From assembly GCA_900315715.1 (NCBI GenBank), contig ONAH01000040.1, positions 1 to 51,329 on the forward strand: a DNA stretch of 51,329 bases, given 5' to 3'. Source of the DNA: an uncultured Eubacteriales bacterium. GTDB taxonomy: Bacteria; Bacillota; Clostridia; Oscillospirales; Acutalibacteraceae. Below, piece by piece: positions 1 to 8,077 of this stretch. Within the stretch, counting starts at the first letter, position 1. Each line of letters begins with the position of its first letter. The notes under the pieces are model-generated. The model had not been told where the DNA came from and made no database searches. It saw only the letters and a list, made by a program, of their open reading frames with translations. A program made the position numbers and the translations under genes.

Positions 1-83
1 TATACTTATAGCATTTACGTTAATATATGGAATAGTATCAATAATATCACTTGAATTTGTCGATAAGGACAAAAGATAAAAAT

Positions 84-134
84 AAAACACCGCATGGAAT
101 ACACAAACATTGTCTATTCCATGCGGTGTTTTTA
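84..134. terminator. Bidirectional rho-independent terminator hairpin
   Basis: Perfect 18-bp inverted repeat AAAACACCGCATGGAATA (84-101) / TATTCCATGCGGTGTTTT (115-132). An A-run lies upstream and a T-run downstream. It sits just past the minus-strand stop at 150-152. Confidence 0.7.
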
Positions 135-149
135 TTTATTAACAGTAGA

Positions 150-788
150 TTATTCGTCATCATCAATAAAAGAGCTGAAAATATCATCGTCATCATCGTC
201 GTCATCATCATCATAGTCGTCATCATCATCGTCGTCGTAGTCACCGTAGTCTTTTTTTAAATCTTCTTCCATCTTGGTGCATTTTTCCATAAGTTCTTCA
301 AAAAACTTTATGTTGCATTTTTCATATACGTTTTTAGGACTACTCTCTGTAAATATCAGCTTAAGGATACCGTCACCGTATTTTTTGTACTCTGATGCAG
401 GTGTATATATATTACGTCTTATAACTTCTAAACTTGGTTCCATATTAACACAGTCAACAAATATTTTATGACGTATTTCACCGTCGTCAAAATCCAACGT
501 AAAAATACCTCTGATAGCACCAGAGTTGATTCTGTGAAAAAATTCACTTAAGCGATACATTGCTTCGGTATCATCGGGTGATACACTAATAGGGCACAAG
601 GCAAAAACAAAGAAACCGTCATTTTTGACACGAATAATATAATCAATCTTATTGATTTTACTGCTGTTAAGAGAAAGATTAAAAAAAAACAAACCTTTTT
701 CGCTGTCTAAACTATACTTCCAGTCATCATTATCAAGAAATTCTGCGATTTTATTAAAAATCTTTATCGAATAATTGTTGTCATTCAT
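150..788 (-). CDS. Hypothetical protein with an extreme poly-Asp/Tyr C-terminal tail; a YbjN/T3SS-chaperone-like fold is only a guess
   Basis: Track ORF 150..884 trimmed to the ATG at 786-788 (MNDNNYSIK...), which has a GGAGAGG RBS 5 nt upstream. 212 aa. A globular N-terminal part is followed by DYGDYDDDDDDDYDDDDDDDDDDIFSSFIDDDE. Confidence 0.7.
   Translation of the reverse strand: MNDNNYSIKIFNKIAEFLDNDDWKYSLDSEKGLFFFNLSLNSSKINKIDYIIRVKNDGFFVFALCPISVSPDDTEAMYRLSEFFHRINSGAIRGIFTLDFDDGEIRHKIFVDCVNMEPSLEVIRRNIYTPASEYKKYGDGILKLIFTESSPKNVYEKCNIKFFEELMEKCTKMEEDLKKDYGDYDDDDDDDYDDDDDDDDDDIFSSFIDDDE
183..251 (-). repeat. Imperfect (GAT/GAC)n trinucleotide tract encoding the acidic tail
   Basis: 23 consecutive codons read directly: 19 Asp, 3 Tyr, 1 Gly. 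On the + strand it appears as ATC/GTC repeats. Confidence 0.85.
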
Positions 789-1019
789 AAATACCTCTCC
801 TTTTAAATTAATATTCAAAGCCAAGTAACCTATACATATGGTAAACGGAGTATACAGATAGCTGATTATCACAGTTACAAACACTGTGAAAAAAGTATAA
901 CAATAAATAATAGGTTTGTCAAGGAAAAATGAATAAAAAAACCAAAATACAATAGAATATAATGTAAATAATTATGATAAAAAGAACATTAAAGAGAGAA
1001 AGAGAGAATTACCATAATG

Positions 1020-1048
1020 TTGACATAATATATAGAAAATGTTATAAT
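1020..1048 (+). promoter_or_regulatory. Sigma-A type promoter for the P-loop/CYTH gene
   Basis: TTGACA (1020-1025), 17-nt spacer, TATAAT (1043-1048). It lies about 40 nt upstream of the ATG at 1090. Confidence 0.55.
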
Positions 1049-1089
1049 ATGATTAAAAGAATTATAAAAAAGATAAAAAGAGGTGCGTT

Positions 1090-2190
1090 ATGAGCAAAGA
1101 AATAACAAAGATAGTAATAACAGGCGGACCTTGTGCAGGAAAGTCAACAGCCATGAGTCGAATACAAAAATACTTTTCTGACTTAGGATACACAGTATTG
1201 TTTATATCAGAAACCGCCACAGAGTTAATAACAGGTGGAGTAGCACCGTGGACATGTGGAACAAATGCAGAATATCAGAAATGTCAGCTAATGCTTCAGT
1301 TAGAAAAGGAAAGAATATATGACTATGCAGCAAGTACTATGTCATCAGAAAAGATACTAATAGTATGTGATAGAGGAATTCTTGATAACAGAGCGTATAT
1401 GACAGCAGAGGAATTTGAAGAAACGATTAGCGGATTGTCTAAAAACAAGGTGGAGTTAAGAGATAATTATGATGCAGTATTTCATCTTGTGACAGCGGCA
1501 AAGGGAGCGGAAGAATTCTATACAACATCTAATAACTCTGCCCGAACAGAAACCGTTGAGCAGGCGGCAGAGATAGATAATAAGTTGATTTCAGCATGGA
1601 CGGGGCACCCTCATTTCAGAGTTATAGATAACCAAACCGATTTTGACGGCAAAATAAAGAGGTTGCTGTCAGAGATATCATCATTTTTAGGTGAGCCGGA
1701 GCCGTTTGAGATTGAGAGAAAATTTTTAATAGAATATCCGGATTTAAAGATATTGAATTCATTGGAAAACTGTCAGCGTGTAGAGATAATACAGACCTAT
1801 CTAGATTCAATTAACGGAGATGAAGTAAGGGTAAGACAAAGGGGAGAGAATGGACACTATATATATTTTCAAACGACAAAGCGAATGATAAGTGGATTAA
1901 AGCGGGTAGAGATAGAAAAGCGATTATCAAAAGACGAATACCTAACATTACTGATGAATGCAGATACAACGAAACGTCAAATCAGAAAAGACCGATATTG
2001 TTTAACCTATGACAATCAATACTTTGAGATTGATGTATATCCGTTTTGGGAAGACAAAGCAGTTTTGGAAATAGAACTAAGTGATGAAACCTCAGAGATA
2101 AATTTTCCTGAGTTTATACATGTAATAAAAGAAGTAACTGAAGATTATACTTATAAAAACGTTTCATTAGCAGAGAAAAAAGTACTGTGA
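1090..2190 (+). CDS. P-loop NTPase/kinase-like domain (AAA_28/NadR-RNK-like) fused to a CYTH (triphosphate tunnel metalloenzyme) domain
   Basis: Walker A ITGGPCAGKST near the N-terminus. The C-terminal half begins with the CYTH ExExK signature FEIERKFLI. RBS AAAGAGG precedes the ATG. Confidence 0.8.
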   Translation: MSKEITKIVITGGPCAGKSTAMSRIQKYFSDLGYTVLFISETATELITGGVAPWTCGTNAEYQKCQLMLQLEKERIYDYAASTMSSEKILIVCDRGILDNRAYMTAEEFEETISGLSKNKVELRDNYDAVFHLVTAAKGAEEFYTTSNNSARTETVEQAAEIDNKLISAWTGHPHFRVIDNQTDFDGKIKRLLSEISSFLGEPEPFEIERKFLIEYPDLKILNSLENCQRVEIIQTYLDSINGDEVRVRQRGENGHYIYFQTTKRMISGLKRVEIEKRLSKDEYLTLLMNADTTKRQIRKDRYCLTYDNQYFEIDVYPFWEDKAVLEIELSDETSEINFPEFIHVIKEVTEDYTYKNVSLAEKKVL

Positions 2191-2207
2191 AACGAAAAAC
2201 AAAAAAC

Positions 2208-2250
2208 CTGCATGAATACCGAAAAAGTTTTCATGTGGTTTTTTGTGTTT
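2208..2250 (+). terminator. Rho-independent terminator
   Basis: Stem CTGCATGAA / TTCATGTGG (with G-U pairs) followed by TTTTTTGTGTTTT, 18 nt after the stop at 2188-2190. Confidence 0.55.
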
Positions 2251-2619
2251 TAAATCAAAAATCAAAGCGTGATGAATTTTAAACCACTGTTAAGATACAA
2301 AAAAATATCTGCATAAAGCTGCTATAATATATCGTGTATTTTGTTTAAAGCAGAAATACTCTCAAATATTTTGGATCTTTTGAAGTAGGTAAAGTGTAAG
2401 ATAGCGTATAGTTTTTATAGAAGTCTATAACTCTATCATGGAATTTGGGAGAAAGTTTTTTGAAGCTTTGATTTATTTTATGCCTGACAAATAAGATAAT
2501 AGAATAATTAGAATAAATAGCAAAGTATTTTAGAAAACACGAATATAAAGCATATTTTTAGATTAATAAACATAATTCTGATCTTTTTCTAATTTTTGTT
2601 TAAATTTTAGTAATTCTTC

Positions 2620-2648
2620 TTGAAACTGTACTGATTTTGTTATATAAT
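2620..2648 (+). promoter_or_regulatory. Putative sigma-A promoter for oadG/oadB-like genes
   Basis: TTGAAA (2620-2625), 17-nt spacer, TATAAT (2643-2648). Confidence 0.45.
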
Positions 2649-2720
2649 ATATAATGTAAAATTTGGCGACTGAGTTGATAACAATTCGCCACAGTATAAA
2701 TATGGCAAGGAGTGAACGAA

Positions 2721-3119
2721 ATGTTAGAAAATCTGAAGCTTGGCTTCACCATTCTTCTGGCAGGTGTTGTGATCGTCTTTTGTGTTCTGATTTTGCTTAT
2801 TGGAATAATCAAGCTTTACAGTGAGCTTGTAGTTACAATACAGAACACATATAAGAAAAAGACGGCAAAGAAGAAGAAATCAGTCACGAGAGAAGACGTT
2901 GAGTCTCAGCCTGTAGTCAAACAGGAAGTGGTTACCGAAGCACCGGTTAAGTCAAACGATGATAGTGCAATACCTCTTGAGGTGATTGCAGCTATTGCGG
3001 CAGCAGTAGAGGTGGTGTTCGGTGAAGGCGCTGTGCAAATAAAATCGGTAAAAAGATCATCTAAAAGACGGTCAGCGTGGAAATCGGCCGGTGTGGCTGA
3101 AAATACCCGTTCTTTCTGA
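2721..3119 (+). CDS. OadG-family small membrane subunit of a Na+-translocating decarboxylase
   Basis: Start moved to the ATG at 2721, with AAGGAG at 2707-2712 and an 8-nt spacer. N-terminal TM LGFTILLAGVVIVFCVLILLIGII, a charged linker, and the C-terminal IPLEVIAAIAAAVEVVFG...IKSVKR typical of OadG-like proteins. Confidence 0.75.
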   Translation: MLENLKLGFTILLAGVVIVFCVLILLIGIIKLYSELVVTIQNTYKKKTAKKKKSVTREDVESQPVVKQEVVTEAPVKSNDDSAIPLEVIAAIAAAVEVVFGEGAVQIKSVKRSSKRRSAWKSAGVAENTRSF

Positions 3120-3144
3120 TTAAGACTAAAGGAGAAGTGGTATC

Positions 3145-4386
3145 GTGGATATTTTAACACAATTTTGGAATTCTGTCGTAGGAATAATTGAAGATTCTGC
3201 ATTCGGAACTCTTGACTGGCGTAATTATGTAATGATTCTAATATCATTTGTATTGATTTACCTTGCCATAAAAAAGCAGTATGAACCGCTTGTTCTGCTG
3301 CCAATCGCAGTAGGTATGTTACTTGTAAACCTTTGCCCTGCTATAGCATTGGGCGGTACAACGAATATGATTCCTTTTGATGAGTATGTCAAGGCTCACC
3401 CTGGGGAAACAATTAAGTATGCAATAACTGAACTCAACGGCATCAAGTATGTCAATGAACCACATTCCGGTGGATTGCTTTTCTATTTATATCAGGGTGT
3501 TAAGCTTGGAATATACCCTCCGCTTATATTTCTTGGTATTGGCGCTATGACCGACTTTGGTCCGCTTATTTCTAATCCTAAGAGTTTTATTTTGGGCGCG
3601 GCAGCTCAGATAGGTATTTTTATTACATTTATAGGCGCAATTATTTTGGGATTTACAACAAAAGAAGCCGGTGCAATCGGAATAATCGGAGGTGCTGACG
3701 GACCAACGGCAATATATGTAACGTCAATTCTTGCTCCCGATCTCTTAGGCCCGATTGCCGTTGCGGCATATTCTTATATGGCGCTTGTGCCGATTATTCA
3801 ACCGCCAATAATGAGGTTGCTTACTACAAAAAAGGAAAGACAGATAAAGATGACGCAGCTTCGCGGTGTATCAAAGCTTGAGAAAATTCTTTTCCCGATA
3901 ATAGTTACTGTTATTGTTGCTATTCTATTACCTGATGCTACAACTCTGGTGGGTATGCTGATGTTTGGAAACCTTATGAAAGAGTCAGGAGTTGTAGACA
4001 GAATTACCAATACTGCTAAAAATGAACTTATGAATATTATAACGATATTCCTTGGATTGTCTGTCGGATCAACAGCAACTGGTCAGATATTCCTTTCGTT
4101 AAGAACCATTGGCATAATATGCTTAGGTCTGTTTGCGTTCTGTATGGGAACATCGTTTGGTGTGCTTTTCGGTAAGATTATGTGCAAGGCAACAGGCGGT
4201 AAGGTTAACCCTCTCATAGGTTCGGCAGGTGTTTCGGCTGTTCCTATGGCTGCAAGAGTATCTCAGAAGGTTGGTCAGGAAGAGGATCCATCAAACTTCT
4301 TGCTTATGCATGCTATGGGTCCAAACGTTGCAGGTGTAGTTGGTTCTGCAGTTGCAGCAGGTGTACTTATAAGTATTCTTAAATAA
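3145..4386 (+). CDS. Na+-translocating decarboxylase beta subunit (OadB/GcdB/MmdB family)
   Basis: 413-aa polytopic membrane protein with the family-typical N-terminus ...DWRNYVMILISFVLIYLAIKKQYEPLVLLPIAVGMLLVNL and GGADGPTAIY. GTG start with AAAGGAG 10 nt upstream. Confidence 0.9.
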   Translation: MDILTQFWNSVVGIIEDSAFGTLDWRNYVMILISFVLIYLAIKKQYEPLVLLPIAVGMLLVNLCPAIALGGTTNMIPFDEYVKAHPGETIKYAITELNGIKYVNEPHSGGLLFYLYQGVKLGIYPPLIFLGIGAMTDFGPLISNPKSFILGAAAQIGIFITFIGAIILGFTTKEAGAIGIIGGADGPTAIYVTSILAPDLLGPIAVAAYSYMALVPIIQPPIMRLLTTKKERQIKMTQLRGVSKLEKILFPIIVTVIVAILLPDATTLVGMLMFGNLMKESGVVDRITNTAKNELMNIITIFLGLSVGSTATGQIFLSLRTIGIICLGLFAFCMGTSFGVLFGKIMCKATGGKVNPLIGSAGVSAVPMAARVSQKVGQEEDPSNFLLMHAMGPNVAGVVGSAVAAGVLISILK

Positions 4387-4392
4387 TTTGGG

Positions 4393-4431
4393 TGGCTTGG
4401 TACCGGCTGGTACCGGGCCATTTTTTATTTT
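4393..4431 (+). terminator. Strong rho-independent terminator
   Basis: 12-bp stem TGGCTTGGTACC / GGTACCGGGCCA, loop GGCT, then TTTTTTATTTT. It begins 7 nt after the oadB-like stop. Confidence 0.8.
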
Positions 4432-4532
4432 AAAAACAATTGTAATATATGGCAAGGAGATATATATGTAAATAAAAGGTAAAATAGTAGTAAACAATCA
4501 AGGCGAAAATCGGCGATTTTTATATAAAATGC

Positions 4533-4561
4533 TTGCATTTTAGTTATGTGTATGATATTAT
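4533..4561 (+). promoter_or_regulatory. Putative promoter of the kinase operon
   Basis: TTGCAT (4533-4538), 17-nt spacer, TATTAT (4556-4561). Confidence 0.35.
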
Positions 4562-4624
4562 TATCTTAATAATATGTTTCTCTTGTGGAAATGAATAATA
4601 GATTTTTATGCAACTTTATAAAAA

Positions 4625-7393
4625 ATGTTAATGAAAGGGAGCGTAAATGTGCCTAAGGATGAAAAGTATCCTCTTGCCTTGCCGAAAGGAACCATACTTG
4701 CAGGACAGTATGTTATCGAAAGAGTATTGGGACAGGGCGGTTTCGGAATTACATATAAAGCCAGTGATTATAAGAATAATAATAAGCCGGTAGCTATCAA
4801 GGAGTATTTTCCCGATACATTAGTTTACAGAGAGATGACAACGGTTATATCCTATCCCGGCGAACGAACAGAAAATTTTGATTATGGAAAACAAAGTTTT
4901 CTTGATGAAGCGGAAACACTTGCAAAATTTCTTGGAAACGATAACATAGTTCGTGTATATTCGTATTTTGAGGAGAACGGAACTGCATATTTTGCGATGG
5001 AATATGTAGAAGGAATACCTTTTGATAAATATCTTACCCAAAAAGGCGGAAGAATAGGGATAGATGAAGCAAAGAATATTCTAATACCGGTAATGGATGC
5101 TTTAGGCGCAGTGCATAGTACGGGTATCATACACCGTGATGTAACTCCGGATAATATTTATTTATCTAATGACGGACGTGTAATGCTGCTTGACTTCGGC
5201 GCTGCAAGATATAGCCTGGGCGATAAAAGCAGAAGCCTTGATGTTGTTTTGAAACATGGCTTTGCTCCAAAGGAACAGTATTCAAGGAGAGGTAAGCAGG
5301 GCCCATATACAGATGTTTATGCTTTGGGCGCAACTTTTTATTTTGCTCTTACTGGAAAAAGGCCTCCGGATTCTATTGAGAGAATGGACGAAGACGACCT
5401 CATACCGCCACATAACTTGGGCGTGAATATTACTGAGTATCAGGAGGAAGCAATTCTTAAGGCTTTGAATGTACAGCCTTCTGAGAGATTTCAGACAATG
5501 GCTGAGTTTAAGAGTGTACTGTTAAATGAGAATAGAGGCACCTTTGGAGGAGCAACAAATGTGATAAATTTCTCTACTCCTGCAACACAGTATCAACAGT
5601 CTCAACTACCTCAACAGCCTAAGCAACCTCAGTTTCAGCAGATGCAGCAGCCTCAGTGGAAGAATACACCTCCTATACCTCCGCAAGGATATCCAAATCA
5701 AATGCAGCAGAATATGCCCTACCAGAGTGATAACTCAGTAAATGAGTTGAAAAACGCTCTAATTAACACAGGTGCTGCGACTAAAAAAGCGTTAGTATCT
5801 GCTGCAGCAAACGTAAAAGGCAAGGTGGAATTGCAGAAACAGAAAAAGTCAAATTCTGCGCAGCCTCAGTATATGCCGCCGCAGAGTATGAGTCAGCCAA
5901 TGTATCAGGTACCTGGTTCGCTGCAAAATCCTGCATCTCAGCGAAATATATCTCAAATGCCGGTAGTGACAGGCACAAATATGCAACCTCCACAAAAACT
6001 CACGCTTGAGAAAAACAGTCCGGTACAACAGTCGCAACAATCACAAAATGATAATATACCTATGCGTACTATCGCTCCTCAACATACAGGAAATACAGGT
6101 TTAAATGTTTCCGGGGCTCCTGTACAACCGATACAGCCCATAAACAACGGTCAGATAACACCGCCGCCTGTCTATCAGACTCCTCAGAAACCTAAGAATA
6201 AAGGTTTGATTGTTGGAATTGCAGCAGCTTGTGTAGTAGTGGGTTTGACAGTTGCGTTGGCTGCAAATCATTCATCTAAGAAAGTAAAAGATGTTAATCA
6301 TAACAATATCAGCAGTTCTGTAACAGCTTCAAGCGAAATTTATAAAGACGAAGTATCTTCTTCAATAGAGTATAGCACTCCAATAAATAATGAGTCGGTA
6401 GTGTCGTCGAACAGTTCGTTTACAGCATCAAAGACTTCTTACAGTAAGAGTGAACTTCAGATTGTTGGCAATTCACCTGCAAATCTAAAAAACTATGGCT
6501 ACTATACCTCAGACGGTACAAATAAGTTTTGGGCAGATGAGGACGGTCATGCTTTAATGTCCAATATAAGCGGAAAGAAATATCTGTATCAAAATCAAAC
6601 TGGTATCTTTAATTGTTTATCGTATGTTGACGATATACTGTACTTTATATATGACGGTCAGGCTTATTCTATGGACATGTCAAGTGATTCGGATGCAGAG
6701 TTGATTTCGTCGTTGAAGAGCTACTCAAGTATTAATAAAATCTTTGTATCATCGGCATTTTTCTTTATATATCAGGATAATACACTTTACAGAATAAACA
6801 GAGAAACCGGTTTAATGGAACAATCTATAAAAATAGATTATGCAGACGACTTTACATTTTATGACGGTTGGCTATATTATATAGCCGATGATAATAATGG
6901 AGAATCAGCTATATTCAGAGTGTCCGAGAGTGATTTTACCGACTATGGAGAGTATTATCTACATAGAGAAGAAGGATACTATTCATCTCCTGTAATAGTT
7001 GACGGAGTATTGTATTCGTTTGTTATTATGGATGAAGAAACTGATATTCTATGTGCAAATCCAAAGCTGGACACATCTGATCTAAAAACTTGGAATATTA
7101 CAACATATACAAAAAAAGATTATGCTGTAAATTTAAACGTAATAGGTGACAATATATTCTTTGCTGTATATAAAGAAAACGATGATAGTTACAGCCTATA
7201 TCATTTTGTCAAGAAGTCAAGCAATACTTATACATGTAAGACGCTTACAGATGTGTCGGCGATGTATCCTGCGGTTAGTATGCAGGACAGTGATTATAAG
7301 GTAAATTATATGGCATATGACTCAGATAAAGATCAGTTTATTAACAAATTTATAATATACGATCATACAACAAATGCGCAGAAAGAATCTTAA
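4625..7393 (+). CDS. Hanks-type Ser/Thr protein kinase, single-pass membrane protein with a Gln/Pro-rich linker and a beta-propeller-like (DUF5050-like) ectodomain; no PASTA repeats
   Basis: Kinase motifs GQGGFG, VAIKEY, HRDVTPDN, DFGAAR, APKE. The Q/P-rich low-complexity segment spans about nt 5525-6200. TM GLIVGIAAACVVVGLTVALAA is at nt 6203-6268. The C-terminal region has repeated aromatic/Asp-Gly strands (ILYFIYDGQAY, TLYRINRETG, WLYYIADDNNGESAIFRV, VLYSFVIMDE). An alternative in-frame GTG start at 4649 has a GGGAG RBS. Confidence 0.9.
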   Translation: MLMKGSVNVPKDEKYPLALPKGTILAGQYVIERVLGQGGFGITYKASDYKNNNKPVAIKEYFPDTLVYREMTTVISYPGERTENFDYGKQSFLDEAETLAKFLGNDNIVRVYSYFEENGTAYFAMEYVEGIPFDKYLTQKGGRIGIDEAKNILIPVMDALGAVHSTGIIHRDVTPDNIYLSNDGRVMLLDFGAARYSLGDKSRSLDVVLKHGFAPKEQYSRRGKQGPYTDVYALGATFYFALTGKRPPDSIERMDEDDLIPPHNLGVNITEYQEEAILKALNVQPSERFQTMAEFKSVLLNENRGTFGGATNVINFSTPATQYQQSQLPQQPKQPQFQQMQQPQWKNTPPIPPQGYPNQMQQNMPYQSDNSVNELKNALINTGAATKKALVSAAANVKGKVELQKQKKSNSAQPQYMPPQSMSQPMYQVPGSLQNPASQRNISQMPVVTGTNMQPPQKLTLEKNSPVQQSQQSQNDNIPMRTIAPQHTGNTGLNVSGAPVQPIQPINNGQITPPPVYQTPQKPKNKGLIVGIAAACVVVGLTVALAANHSSKKVKDVNHNNISSSVTASSEIYKDEVSSSIEYSTPINNESVVSSNSSFTASKTSYSKSELQIVGNSPANLKNYGYYTSDGTNKFWADEDGHALMSNISGKKYLYQNQTGIFNCLSYVDDILYFIYDGQAYSMDMSSDSDAELISSLKSYSSINKIFVSSAFFFIYQDNTLYRINRETGLMEQSIKIDYADDFTFYDGWLYYIADDNNGESAIFRVSESDFTDYGEYYLHREEGYYSSPVIVDGVLYSFVIMDEETDILCANPKLDTSDLKTWNITTYTKKDYAVNLNVIGDNIFFAVYKENDDSYSLYHFVKKSSNTYTCKTLTDVSAMYPAVSMQDSDYKVNYMAYDSDKDQFINKFIIYDHTTNAQKES

Positions 7394-7405
7394 GGAGGAA
7401 TAATA

Positions 7406-8077
7406 ATGGCAATTCAGGAATGTGGAAACGGACATCTTTATGATACAGACCAGCATGCAAGGTGTCCGTATTGTCAGGGAGGCGGAAATCGAATTAACTT
7501 TGGAGGACCAAATTTTGGAGCTCCATCGTTTGGAGGTGTGAATAACAGTTCCGATATAGGCAAGACAGTCGGAGCAGGAGTACAGTTCCCACAACCAAGC
7601 TATCAGCCTCAGGAGGAAATAGGTGCGACTGTCGCTCCATCTGATTACAGAAACAGTCGCAGGGAAGACGATGCAGGTAAAACGGTTGGTGTATTCCAGA
7701 AAAACAAGCAGTTTGAGCCGGTTGTAGGTTGGATAGTATGTATCGAAGGAGCGAATAAAGGAAAGGATTACAGGTTATTTGCAAAGACAAACACTGTTGG
7801 CAGAACCGAGAAAAATGATATTTGCATAAAGGGAGATGATACGATTTCCAGAGAAAAGCATGCAAAAATTGATTATGACGAGAAGCATAATGGATATTAT
7901 CTTATTCCTGCAGAAGCAACAAATACAATATATATAAACGACAAACCTGTATATCAGCCTACTGAGCTATTACACTATGATGTAATAGAACTTGGAGAGG
8001 GCAAGTTTATCTTTATACCATTGTGTACAAAGCAGTTTGACTGGAATACAGGACTTGATACAGGTTTGAACATATGA
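7406..8077 (+). CDS. Zinc-ribbon plus FHA domain protein
   Basis: N-terminal CGNGH...CPYC, then a Gly/Pro-rich linker and a C-terminal FHA core (VGR...ISREKHA...TNTIYIN). AAGGAGG RBS. 12 nt after the kinase stop. Confidence 0.9.
   Translation: MAIQECGNGHLYDTDQHARCPYCQGGGNRINFGGPNFGAPSFGGVNNSSDIGKTVGAGVQFPQPSYQPQEEIGATVAPSDYRNSRREDDAGKTVGVFQKNKQFEPVVGWIVCIEGANKGKDYRLFAKTNTVGRTEKNDICIKGDDTISREKHAKIDYDEKHNGYYLIPAEATNTIYINDKPVYQPTELLHYDVIELGEGKFIFIPLCTKQFDWNTGLDTGLNI

Noticed and set aside
183-251. Repetitive tract considered as a CRISPR-like or minisatellite element
   Set aside because: The period is 3 nt. It is in frame inside a CDS and has no spacer/repeat organisation, so it is simply a poly-Asp coding tract.
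47-260. Track ORFs 47..244(-) MTTTTMMMTTMMMM... and 51..260(+) ...IIVIIVVIIIIVVIII...
   Set aside because: They are the other reading frames of the GAT/GAC repeat and of the terminator hairpin. They have extreme low complexity and no RBS, and they overlap the well-supported acidic-tail gene.
2250-2711. Possible riboswitch, sRNA or degraded gene in the long gap upstream of the oadG-like gene; includes track ORF 2600..2812(-)
   Set aside because: I could not recognise any conserved riboswitch core by eye. The minus-strand reading frames give only low-complexity Ile/Asn/Tyr-rich peptides. ORF 2600..2812(-) overlaps the promoter and the start of the oadG-like gene. The gap is left unannotated.
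5525-6200. Gln/Pro-rich segment of the kinase considered as a separate gene, a gene fusion artefact or tandem DNA repeat
   Set aside because: It is continuous and in frame with the kinase domain and the TM segment, with no stops or internal RBS/start context. The nucleotide sequence is not tandemly repeated, only compositionally biased. The antisense ORFs 5781..5993 and 5849..6040 are by-products.
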